This document shows positions 38,444 to 46,894 of a DNA stretch of 64,000 bases, one piece after another. The stretch's first letter is position 1; every line of letters begins with the position of its first letter. The DNA comes from Magnetococcales bacterium DCbin2 (GTDB lineage: Bacteria > Pseudomonadota > Magnetococcia > Magnetococcales > UBA8363). The notes under the pieces were generated by a model that was not told where the DNA came from, searched no databases, and saw nothing but the letters and a program-made list of their open reading frames with translations. The position numbers and the translations under genes are program-made. Location of the stretch: NCBI GenBank assembly GCA_002753615.1, contig PEAO01000001.1, positions 28,319 to 92,318 of the forward strand, written 5' to 3'.

Positions 38444-38472
38444 TTGCCAAATCGCTCATTTTAGGATACTAG
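38444..38472 (+). promoter_or_regulatory. Candidate sigma70-type promoter (TTGCCA-N17-TACTAG)
   Basis: Hexamers lie about 75 nt upstream of ATG 38548. The -10 matches TATAAT in only 4 of 6 positions. Confidence 0.3.
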
Positions 38473-38547
38473 AATCGTCGGCATCCGAAATTAAATGTGA
38501 ACACGATGTTTTTCTTGCTCCTAAAAGCTTGATCAGGGGGGAATCTC

Positions 38548-39288
38548 ATGGCTGCAACGGCAAAACCACCGCGTATTCTGGCCATGACCCTGGCGAGGGG
38601 TGGGTCTAAGAGTGTACCCCGTAAAAATATCGCCCCCATACTCGGTATCCCCTTGATTGCCTATACCATCGGCGAAGCGAAGAAAAGTACGTTGATTACC
38701 CACTATGTAGTCTCCACCGATGATGTGGAAATTCAACAGGTGGCCATTGCGTATGGTGCCGAGGCCCCCTTTTTGCGCCCGGCGCACCTAGCCAGCGATA
38801 CCGCCAATTCCCGGGATCCCATGCAACATGCGGTCACCTGGATGGAGGGGCGTGAAGGGCAACCTTATGATTATGTGATCGAATTGATGGCAACCAATCC
38901 TATGAAAACGGTGGAGGATATCGATGGTTGTCTGAAAAAACTCATCGAGACAGGTGCCGATTCGGTGATTGCCGTGCATGAATTGCAGGATCATCATCCC
39001 ATGCGCATCAAAAAGGTTGTCGATGATCGTATTGTTGATTTTTGTGTTCCCGAACCGCCGAACGCCCGCCGCCAGGATCTTTTGCCCAAAGCCTACATCC
39101 GTAGTGGTGCTATCTATGCCATGCGGCGCGACCATTTGATGGTGGAAAATTGCCGTTACGGTTCAGCCAACAGCCGCCCTTGGTATTTATCCGCAGAAAG
39201 GGCTGTCAATGTCGATTCCATGGCCGATTTTTACTTGGCCGAAATTTTACTGAAACAACGCCAGGAGGGTGCAGGATGCGTATCTTAA
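38548..39288 (+). CDS. Acylneuraminate (nonulosonic acid) cytidylyltransferase family protein (NeuA/LegF/PseF-like)
   Basis: LARGGSKSVPRKNI..ILG.PLIAYTI..A, VSTDD, ...ATNP... pattern of CMP-sugar synthetases. Confidence 0.8.
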   Translation: MAATAKPPRILAMTLARGGSKSVPRKNIAPILGIPLIAYTIGEAKKSTLITHYVVSTDDVEIQQVAIAYGAEAPFLRPAHLASDTANSRDPMQHAVTWMEGREGQPYDYVIELMATNPMKTVEDIDGCLKKLIETGADSVIAVHELQDHHPMRIKKVVDDRIVDFCVPEPPNARRQDLLPKAYIRSGAIYAMRRDHLMVENCRYGSANSRPWYLSAERAVNVDSMADFYLAEILLKQRQEGAGCVS

Positions 39289-40013
39289 AAAGAAAGATTT
39301 CGGTGGTTGGATTGGTCGCCATGTGTGCATTGCCTTCCCTGGCATGGTCCGAAGATCCTGCCCCGACGGCGGCACCTGCGGCGATGGATCAACAGGCCAA
39401 ATTTAGCTATCTCTTGGGTTGGCGCATGGCTTCCGAACTGGAAAATTTTCCCATGAAGCTGGATCCCAAGGCGTTGATGCAGGCGATACAGGATCGGATG
39501 GCGGGAAGTCCGCCGAAAATAGATAAGACGGAGATGGAAAAGGTCCGTATGGAGATGATGGCCTCATTCCAAAAGGAAAAAGCGCGGCAGGTTGAAGAAC
39601 TGGGCGGAAAAAACCGGGCCGCAGGTCAGGCTTTTATGGTGGAGAATGCAAAAAAATCGGGGGTCATGACAACCCCCAGTGGTCTGCAATATCAGGTGTT
39701 GGTCGAGGGCAAAGGGGGCAAACCCAAGGCGACCGATCAGGTGACGGTCCATTATCGGGGTACCTTGTTGGATGGTACCGAGTTTGATAGTTCCATCAAG
39801 CGTGGCCAACCGACGACGTTTCCCTTGGACAAGGTGATTGCCGGTTGGACGGAAGGGTTGCAGTTGATGGCGCAAGGGGCCAAATACAAACTGTTTGTCC
39901 CCCCCCAACTGGCCTATGGCAAAATGGGGTCGGGAGGGGTTATTGGACCTGAGGCGACGCTGATCTTCGAGGTGGAATTGTTGGAAATCCAACCCGCTCA
40001 ATCGACCCCATGA
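39276..40013 (+). CDS. fkpA: Periplasmic FKBP-type peptidyl-prolyl isomerase (FkpA/Mip-like)
   Basis: Signal peptide MRILKRKISVVGLVAMCALPSLAWS, FKBP_N-like helix region, VTVHYRGTLLDGTEFDSS...F.L..VI.GW.EGL. ATG 39276 overlaps the upstream gene by 13 nt. Confidence 0.85.
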   Translation: MRILKRKISVVGLVAMCALPSLAWSEDPAPTAAPAAMDQQAKFSYLLGWRMASELENFPMKLDPKALMQAIQDRMAGSPPKIDKTEMEKVRMEMMASFQKEKARQVEELGGKNRAAGQAFMVENAKKSGVMTTPSGLQYQVLVEGKGGKPKATDQVTVHYRGTLLDGTEFDSSIKRGQPTTFPLDKVIAGWTEGLQLMAQGAKYKLFVPPQLAYGKMGSGGVIGPEATLIFEVELLEIQPAQSTP

Positions 40014-40049
40014 TGATTCGGGTACGTTATCCCCGGATGGAGACAAAAA

Positions 40050-41252
40050 ATGGTTGTTTTATCCCAACGCATTCAAAAGGTTAAACCTTCGGCAACACTG
40101 CAAATCACGGCTAAGGCCAAGGAGTTGCGTGCCCAGGGGAAAAATGTTATCGGATTGGGGGCCGGAGAGCCTGATTTTGATACCCCAGAGCATATCAAAG
40201 ACGCTGCGGTCACGGCGTTGCGTGCTGGTTTTACCAAATACACCCCTGTGGATGGCATTCCTGAATTAAAGAAAGCTATCGTTGGTAAAATGCAACGAGA
40301 TCACAACCTGTCTTACGGCGTTGATGAGGTGTTGGTCACGGCTGGGGGTAAACAGGCTTTTTTTAATATGGCGTTGGCCTTGCTGGATCCGGGTGATGAG
40401 GTGATCATACCGGCCCCCTATTGGGTCTCCTATCCCGATATGACCTTGGTGGCTGATGGCAAGCCGGTGATTGTGGATACCGAGGAGGCGGATGGATTTA
40501 AATTAAAACCGGAAAGGTTGGCTGCGGCCATCACGCCAAAGACCCGTTTTGTGGTGATCAACTCCCCTTCCAATCCGACGGGAGCCGCCTATTCCGTCGA
40601 TGAATTGGCAAAGATCGCCGAAGTCATTCGGCCCCATCCGCATGTCTGGGTGGTTACTGACGATATTTATGAACAGATTGTCTACGGCGGATTTCACCAA
40701 TCCAATATTGTCGCCGTGGCCCCGTTTCTGAAGGATCGGACCCTTTTGTTGAATGGTGTTTCCAAGACCTACTCCATGACGGGATGGCGCATCGGTTATG
40801 CCGTGGGACCACGCGATGCCATCAAGGCCATGGGCAAGGTTCAGGAGCAAAGCACCTCCTGCGCTACCTCTATCTCCCAAAAAGCGGCTGCCACAGCCAT
40901 ATCGGGGGACCAAAGCTGCATTCAACCCATGCTTCAGGCATTTTCCGAACGCCGCGACTTCGTTGTTCAGGCTTTGAATGCGATTCCCGGTATCCATTGC
41001 AACACACCGGAAGGGGCCTTTTATGTTTTTCCCAACGTGGCGGGTTTGATGGGGAAGAAGACCTCTCAGGGCAAGCTGATTCAGAATAGCATGGATTTGG
41101 CGGATCATCTGTTGAACGATTGGGAGGTCGCTTTGGTCCCTGGTTCTGCGTTTGGTAAAGATCCTTTTGTTCGGATTTCTTTTGCCATCTCTATGGACGA
41201 CCTCAAAGAGGCGATGAAACGAATCGAGCGGGCGGCACGAGAGCTTGTGTAA
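40050..41252 (+). CDS. Class I pyridoxal-phosphate aminotransferase (aspartate aminotransferase type)
   Basis: GAGEPDFDTP, INSPSNPTG, PLP-lysine context SKTYSMTGWRIGY. Confidence 0.88.
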   Translation: MVVLSQRIQKVKPSATLQITAKAKELRAQGKNVIGLGAGEPDFDTPEHIKDAAVTALRAGFTKYTPVDGIPELKKAIVGKMQRDHNLSYGVDEVLVTAGGKQAFFNMALALLDPGDEVIIPAPYWVSYPDMTLVADGKPVIVDTEEADGFKLKPERLAAAITPKTRFVVINSPSNPTGAAYSVDELAKIAEVIRPHPHVWVVTDDIYEQIVYGGFHQSNIVAVAPFLKDRTLLLNGVSKTYSMTGWRIGYAVGPRDAIKAMGKVQEQSTSCATSISQKAAATAISGDQSCIQPMLQAFSERRDFVVQALNAIPGIHCNTPEGAFYVFPNVAGLMGKKTSQGKLIQNSMDLADHLLNDWEVALVPGSAFGKDPFVRISFAISMDDLKEAMKRIERAARELV

Positions 41253-41258
41253 TCCTGA

Positions 41259-42065
41259 ATGTGTGTGGAAAAGAAAATGCAAAAAGAAATAGCATTGGAT
41301 CGGATCGCCTTGTTGCGAAGGCAACTCGATGACCACCCCGTTTACTCCGCCGTAAAATCGATCGAAGATTTGCGCGTGTTTATGTCGCACCATATTTTTT
41401 CGGTGTGGGACTTTATGAGTTTGTTGAAGTTTCTCCAAAGAGAACTCGCCCCGACCGAGATTCCCTGGGCACCGCGTGGGAATACTTCCGTCCGCCGTTT
41501 TATCAACCACATCGTCTTAGAAGAAGAGACCGATTTGGGCCTCCCAGATGAAGCGGGTGAGCCACGGTATGCCAGTCACTTTGAGCTTTATGCGGCGGCC
41601 ATGGAAGAGGTGGGCGCGACTTCCCTGGTTGCGCAACAATTTGCGAGAAAAGCGGCAGAGAAGGGATTTCATGATGCACTGCTTGCATCGGCCCATGACA
41701 TCCCGCAACCCGCCCAAAATTTTATGAAGCAGACATTCGCGTTTATTGCGAGTGGAAAACCCCACGTTGTCGCAGCGGCGTTCGCCCTCGGAAGGGAACA
41801 CATCATACCGCCGATGTTTCGGGCATTGATCAGGAAAATGTCGATTTCACCCGCCGAAGCCCCAGCGTTTCATTATTATCTGGAAAGGCATATTCACCTG
41901 GATGAAGATCACCACGGGCCATTGTCCTTGTTGATGCTCAATTCATTGTGTGCCGCTGACCCCTCTTTTTTTGAGGAAGCGGAGACTGCCGCCAAACAGG
42001 CGATTCAAGCACGCATCCAATTTTGGGATGGTGTGTTGGAATCGCTCCAAATGGCAGGGCATTGA
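41259..42065 (+). CDS. DUF3050-family (heme-oxygenase-like fold) protein
   Basis: HPVYSAVKSIEDLRVFMSHHIFSVWDFMSLLKFLQ ... RRFINHIVLEEETD matches my recollection of the DUF3050 signature. Confidence 0.65.
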   Translation: MCVEKKMQKEIALDRIALLRRQLDDHPVYSAVKSIEDLRVFMSHHIFSVWDFMSLLKFLQRELAPTEIPWAPRGNTSVRRFINHIVLEEETDLGLPDEAGEPRYASHFELYAAAMEEVGATSLVAQQFARKAAEKGFHDALLASAHDIPQPAQNFMKQTFAFIASGKPHVVAAAFALGREHIIPPMFRALIRKMSISPAEAPAFHYYLERHIHLDEDHHGPLSLLMLNSLCAADPSFFEEAETAAKQAIQARIQFWDGVLESLQMAGH

Positions 42066-42102
42066 TCCACGCGCCGGGGTCAACATTTTTAAGGAGAATA
42101 CG

Positions 42103-42501
42103 ATGGATAAAAGTCAATATGTCGTTTTAAAATTCGTTCAAGGAACCTTTGACGCCGTGGTGGCCAAGGTGCGTCATGCGTTGATGCAGCAGGGCTTTGG
42201 CGTGTTGACGGAAATCGATCTGTCGGGAACTTTTAAAAGCAAATTGAATGTTGATTGGCCGCGGACTATCATTTTGGGCGCGTGCAATCCCCCGGTGGCA
42301 CATCGGGCAATGGCGGCTGATCATGATGTCGCTGTCTTTCTGCCGTGTAACGTGGTTGTCCGAGAAGACGGCCACGGTGCGGTGGAAGTTGCCGCCATGA
42401 ACCCGGAAATCATCGGTTATGTCATTCAAAATAATCATCTTACCGAGGTGGTCACCGAGGTTCTGGCGAAAATACGCACAGCCCTGGATCATGTGGAATG
42501 A
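42103..42501 (+). CDS. DUF302-domain protein
   Basis: RBS aaggag 6 nt upstream of ATG 42103. GFGVLTEIDLS..FK.KL......ILGACNP..A...M......V..LPCNVVV. Confidence 0.7.
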   Translation: MDKSQYVVLKFVQGTFDAVVAKVRHALMQQGFGVLTEIDLSGTFKSKLNVDWPRTIILGACNPPVAHRAMAADHDVAVFLPCNVVVREDGHGAVEVAAMNPEIIGYVIQNNHLTEVVTEVLAKIRTALDHVE

Positions 42502-42509
42502 TCAAGCCG

Positions 42510-42546
42510 GTGTGTCCACAACCTGAACTCAGGGTTGTGGACACAC
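42510..42546. terminator. Perfect 14-bp hairpin between convergent genes (bidirectional terminator candidate)
   Basis: gtgtgtccacaacc-(9 nt)-ggttgtggacacac, between the stop at 42501 (+) and the stop at 42560 (-). Confidence 0.55.
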
Positions 42547-42559
42547 GCACGACCTTCAA

Positions 42560-43618
42560 TCAGGAAAACACTTCTGGGTAATCCCGGCTTGCCTGTTGCA
42601 AGTCTCCCATTCGCCCGATGTCCATCCAATAATCCAAGAACGGAAATGCGGCGGTGGCATGTCCTTTGGCGATGACCCGGTGGAACAAGTCGGGCATGTC
42701 AAAATAGGTGTTTTCCGGGATGTAATCGATGACCTTGGGATCCAGCAGATAGATCCCCGCATTGATGAAATACTCCTGAACCGGCTTTTCTTCAATGCTT
42801 AACAGGGTATGGTGGTGCGTGTGAACGACGCCATAGGGGATGGACTGTTCCACCTTGCGGACGCACAACGTCGCCAATGACCCATGTTCCTCATGGAATT
42901 CCAGGATGTTTTTATAGTTGATCTGGGTCAGAAGATCACCGTTCATGACAAAAAACGGATCTTCCGGCATTTCAGGCAATAACGCCAGTGGCCCCGCCGT
43001 GCCCCGCCGATCCTGTTCTTCCAGGTATTGGATGGTGACTCCCCAGTCGGAACCATCCTTGAAATAATCCTGGATGATCTCTTTGCGATAATTGACGGAG
43101 AAATAAAACTGTTTGAAGCCGTCGGCGGCAAAGCTTTCCAGGATTAATTCCAGTATGGGTTTGCTCCCGACCTTCAGCATGGGTTTGGGACAGGATTTGG
43201 TCAGCGGTCCCATGCGGGAACCTAATCCCCCCGCCATAAGAACCACCCAATTGTTACGTTGTTCCCGACTGGCCAATTCCCGCAATGTTTTGAGACCGAT
43301 CAGGTGACCATCCTCATCAACGACCGGCATGTGGTCGATACTTTTGCTGGTCATCAGTGCCAAGACTCGATCTTCAGAGTCGCTGACCCGTGCAACGGTC
43401 GGTGTTCGTGCCATCACGTTCTCGACGGGATCTTTCATGTTGATGCCACTCAATAATCCTCGGCGTATGTCGCCATCGGTGACGACACCGATTAAACGGC
43501 TAGACTCGTCAGTCACCAGGGCTACCCTGAGTGCGCCCCGGTCGATCACCTTCATGACATCCAACACGGATGTCTGTGAACCAATGACAACCTTCCGCCA
43601 ATATTCTACGGCCGTCAT
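42560..43618 (-). CDS. CBS-pair + sugar-phosphate nucleotidyltransferase (PtmE-like, nonulosonic acid pathway)
   Basis: N-terminal CBS pair (VLDVMKVIDRGALRVALVTDESSRLIGVVTDGDIRR). NTP-transferase motif VVLMAGGLGSRMGPLTKSCPKPMLKV. Confidence 0.8.
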   Translation of the reverse strand: MTAVEYWRKVVIGSQTSVLDVMKVIDRGALRVALVTDESSRLIGVVTDGDIRRGLLSGINMKDPVENVMARTPTVARVSDSEDRVLALMTSKSIDHMPVVDEDGHLIGLKTLRELASREQRNNWVVLMAGGLGSRMGPLTKSCPKPMLKVGSKPILELILESFAADGFKQFYFSVNYRKEIIQDYFKDGSDWGVTIQYLEEQDRRGTAGPLALLPEMPEDPFFVMNGDLLTQINYKNILEFHEEHGSLATLCVRKVEQSIPYGVVHTHHHTLLSIEEKPVQEYFINAGIYLLDPKVIDYIPENTYFDMPDLFHRVIAKGHATAAFPFLDYWMDIGRMGDLQQASRDYPEVFS

Positions 43619-43818
43619 AACGATATCCTCCCTGGCATTTCAACTGGCTCCAAACCCAAGACATTCAAGGGTTCTGTGGGTGAGTATGCAGAAAAGGTGC
43701 CTAAATGGAAGTTTTCTTTATATCGTTGTTATTGTTGTGTAATAGCTATCGATTTTTATGGTTTCATAAAACAGGGGAATGTCCATGGGCAAATCGGTGT
43801 TCATTCGAACGGCAAGAA

Positions 43819-44499
43819 TTACCGCAGACCGTGGACTGGTTTGGCGGGAATACCCACCACCCTGGCGTTTTCAGGGACATCGGTGACGACGGTGGCCCCC
43901 GCAGCAACCAAGGCACCGGAACCGATATGGATTCCCTGGATGATCACCGCCCCCGTACCGATGTGGACACCAGATCCCACATGAATGCCGCCCGATAACA
44001 CCGCTCCGGGGGCAATGTGGACGTGGCTTTCAATCTGGCAATCGTGGTCGATGATGGCTCCGGTATTGAGGATGACGTTATCATGCAGGGTGGTACCCGG
44101 TTGGATCATGGATCCCGCCATGAGTTGGCAACCTTCCCCGATGGTGACGGCTTGGGCGCAATAATGACGGGGATGGACGACCGAGGCGAAGCGATATCCT
44201 AGATTCCGATAATGAATAAAAAGTTGTTTTCGTTTTTCGTTGCTTGCCACCGAACCGATTCCCATAATCAAGTGTACGGTACGGGGGGGAAACTGTTGGA
44301 GGAGGGCGGCGTCGGAGGAAATACGCAGTATCTTTTCTCCCCAGGGGGGGACACTGGCATCCGGGGGGATATACAGACCCAGAATTTTTTGCTGGCTTGG
44401 GTACAGGGCATCCATCAGGACGCGGGCATGTCCTCCGGCACCCAGCAATATTAAGGGATCGGCGTGATTGGGAATGATGGTTGAATCTTCACACATCAT
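43819..44499 (-). CDS. NeuD/PglD-family hexapeptide-repeat sugar N/O-acetyltransferase
   Basis: N-terminal LILLGAGGHARVLMDAL and a C-terminal left-handed beta-helix (IG.G..I..G..I). ATG 44499 overlaps the upstream TGA (ATGA). Confidence 0.8.
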   Translation of the reverse strand: MMCEDSTIIPNHADPLILLGAGGHARVLMDALYPSQQKILGLYIPPDASVPPWGEKILRISSDAALLQQFPPRTVHLIMGIGSVASNEKRKQLFIHYRNLGYRFASVVHPRHYCAQAVTIGEGCQLMAGSMIQPGTTLHDNVILNTGAIIDHDCQIESHVHIAPGAVLSGGIHVGSGVHIGTGAVIIQGIHIGSGALVAAGATVVTDVPENARVVGIPAKPVHGLR

Positions 44500-45662
44500 T
44501 CCAACCCTTGTAACCCCCGACGAACTTCTGCGACAACATGCTGGAGTTCTTTTTCGGTGATGGTGGTGGAGCAGGGAAGGACCACAATCCGAAACCAAAG
44601 TCCCTCACTGACGGTTTGGCGGGTTGTCGGGGCGTTGCGATAAGGGGCCTGGAGGTGCAATGGTTTCCAAAACGGCTTGGACTCGATCCCCTGTTGCCGC
44701 AAGAAAGTTCTGAGTTCCGTTGTCACGGTGGGCGATGGGTTTTTCAGGACAATTCCAGAAAACCAATCTGCCGATTGGCCATGAAGGGATTGGGGAAACG
44801 GGGTAACCGCTTCCATGTCGTGGAATGCTCGGCGATAGGTTTCCCGGATTTTTTGTTTTCTGGCGACCAGATGATCCAACCGTTCCAGTTGGGCGCACCC
44901 CACGGCGGCCTGGATATTGGTCAAACGATAATTAAATCCGATGTGATCATGATCATAACCTTCGCCACGGCGGGCGGTGGTGGATAAATGGCGGACGTGT
45001 TGTAGCAGTTCCTTGTCCGAACCGACGACGGCACCGCCCCCCCCACAGGTGATGGTCTTGTTGCCATTGAATGAAAACACCGTCAAATCGGCACCCAGAT
45101 CACCCACGTTGCGGCCATGATATCGGGCACCCAGGGCGGCGGCGGCGTCGGCCACCACCGGCAGGCCAAATTTCTGGGCCAGGGGGAGGATACGATCCAT
45201 ATCCGCCGGAGTGCCCAGGGTATGGACCGGCATGATGGCGGCAACCCGTTGGCCCGTTTTTTTCTGGGTCACCCGTCCACAGCAAGAGTCACATTCTTCG
45301 GTAAGAATCTGTTCCAACAATCCGCAATCCAGGTTCCATGTGTCTGGATCACAATCCACCAGCCACGGTTGGGCACCGCAATAGCTGACGGCATTGGCAG
45401 TGGCGATGAAGGTTAAACTGGGAAGGATCACTAAGTCTCCCGGTTTTACCCCCAACGCGACCAGGGCGACGTGCAATCCCGCCGTACCGGAGGCGGTGGC
45501 CACGGCATAGGGAGATCCTGCCGCCTGGGCGATCATCTGTTCAAATCGGCTGACAAACGGCCCTACCGAGGAGACAAACCCACTGTCGATACATTCTTGC
45601 AGGTATTGGGCTTCGTTACCGGAAAGATTGGGAACAGCCAGAGGGATCAGGGTGGCGGTCAC
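44496..45662 (-). CDS. DegT/DnrJ/EryC1/StrS-family PLP aminotransferase (PglE/LegC-like)
   Basis: LSGNEAQYLQECIDSGFVSS.GPFV..FE, TFIATANA, PLP-lysine context FSFNGNKTITCGGGG. Confidence 0.85.
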   Translation of the reverse strand: MTATLIPLAVPNLSGNEAQYLQECIDSGFVSSVGPFVSRFEQMIAQAAGSPYAVATASGTAGLHVALVALGVKPGDLVILPSLTFIATANAVSYCGAQPWLVDCDPDTWNLDCGLLEQILTEECDSCCGRVTQKKTGQRVAAIMPVHTLGTPADMDRILPLAQKFGLPVVADAAAALGARYHGRNVGDLGADLTVFSFNGNKTITCGGGGAVVGSDKELLQHVRHLSTTARRGEGYDHDHIGFNYRLTNIQAAVGCAQLERLDHLVARKQKIRETYRRAFHDMEAVTPFPQSLHGQSADWFSGIVLKNPSPTVTTELRTFLRQQGIESKPFWKPLHLQAPYRNAPTTRQTVSEGLWFRIVVLPCSTTITEKELQHVVAEVRRGLQGLE

Positions 45663-46894
45663 ATTTTTTCATCCAGATTTTTGGTTTTTGCCAGATGTTT
45701 GAGTCCAGGGACCGCCAAACCGAGCCAATGGGCCATGGTGTGTGAGTCCCAATCCTGGGAGTCGCGTAATGCACACAATCCACGTATCGCTTCTTGAACC
45801 GGCCCCTCCAGGCTGGGTTGGCTCAAAACACGCAAAATTGCGTGAAAGCGTGCGTCATCGACGGTTTCCGAGGGGTCGAAAAATTCCTCAAACGGTTTTT
45901 CCCCCGAAGTATCACTGAGAGAAAAACAACAGGGCCAACGGATATCGTCCGGGTGGCGGTTGCGGGCAAAAGTACGGGCTTCTCGGTCATCGGCACAGAG
46001 TTCCGCTTCCAATCCCCGATCCTGCAACAAGAGAAGGGCGATATCGGCAAAACTTTTCAAGTCGGTATCGGGGTTGAGCTTGGGGATATAGATTTCGCGA
46101 TGTTCTCCCAGAAAACAGGCCAGGAGACACAATTGGCCCGCTTCTTCATGAGAAATAAAATAACGTTGAATATCCCGTGGTGCCGATAGGGGTTGCCCTT
46201 TTTCCAATCGCCGTAAAAATCCATGGGTCAGGCTTCCATCGGAAAAAGCGACATTGGCAAAGCGCGCACTGGTACAGGTAAAGTTACGCGATGGGAGAAA
46301 CATCAAACGTTCCATCATCGCCTTGGAGGCACCCATAAGACTGGCGGGCTGTACCGCTTTATCCGAGGAGACGGAAAAAAAACGGTGTGGGGGTGCTTTT
46401 TCCAGTTGATCCAGCCAGTGCGCCAAATCAAGCACGTTGGTTTGAATCATCCGCATGGTGCTGAAAGGGTCACGTTCGGAGCGGACATGTTTGAGGGCGG
46501 CAAAATTGACCACGGTGTCGAACTGGGGGACGCTGGCGAGAAAACGGTCAAACATGGGGGTGCCCAAGGCGATGGAAACGGTGGAAAAATCCTTGGGGAA
46601 AACGATGTGGGAGGAACGCAGATCTCTGACCAATTCTACCAAGTTGTTCTCACTGGGATCCACCAAGCAGACCCCTTGGGGACCGATTTCCATGAGTTGT
46701 TTAACAAAGTGTGAGCCAATAGAACCCGCAGCACCGACGACCAACACCCGGCTCGGCTGAACAAGTGCGGTAATCCGATCTTTGGATGCCGCAAAATCCT
46801 GCTGAAAAAGCCCCTGGGATCGTCCCAAAAGGCGGGCCATGAATTGGGTGTTCTCAGGCATCAGCGGCTCCTTGTTGATGGGTCGCTTTCTCAA
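45659..46894 (-). CDS. CapD/PglF-family NDP-sugar 4,6-dehydratase/epimerase
   Basis: Rossmann motif RVLVVGAAGSIGSHFVKQL, FVNFAALKHV, SSDKAV. The start is uncertain (ATGs at 46894, 46861 and 46840); 46840 avoids overlap with the upstream gene. Confidence 0.75.
   Translation of the reverse strand: MRKRPINKEPLMPENTQFMARLLGRSQGLFQQDFAASKDRITALVQPSRVLVVGAAGSIGSHFVKQLMEIGPQGVCLVDPSENNLVELVRDLRSSHIVFPKDFSTVSIALGTPMFDRFLASVPQFDTVVNFAALKHVRSERDPFSTMRMIQTNVLDLAHWLDQLEKAPPHRFFSVSSDKAVQPASLMGASKAMMERLMFLPSRNFTCTSARFANVAFSDGSLTHGFLRRLEKGQPLSAPRDIQRYFISHEEAGQLCLLACFLGEHREIYIPKLNPDTDLKSFADIALLLLQDRGLEAELCADDREARTFARNRHPDDIRWPCCFSLSDTSGEKPFEEFFDPSETVDDARFHAILRVLSQPSLEGPVQEAIRGLCALRDSQDWDSHTMAHWLGLAVPGLKHLAKTKNLDEKM

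Noticed and set aside
40503-41510. 335-aa minus-strand ORF
   Set aside because: It is antisense to the aspartate aminotransferase and DUF3050 genes, both with clear family motifs on the + strand. It has no motif or start context of its own.
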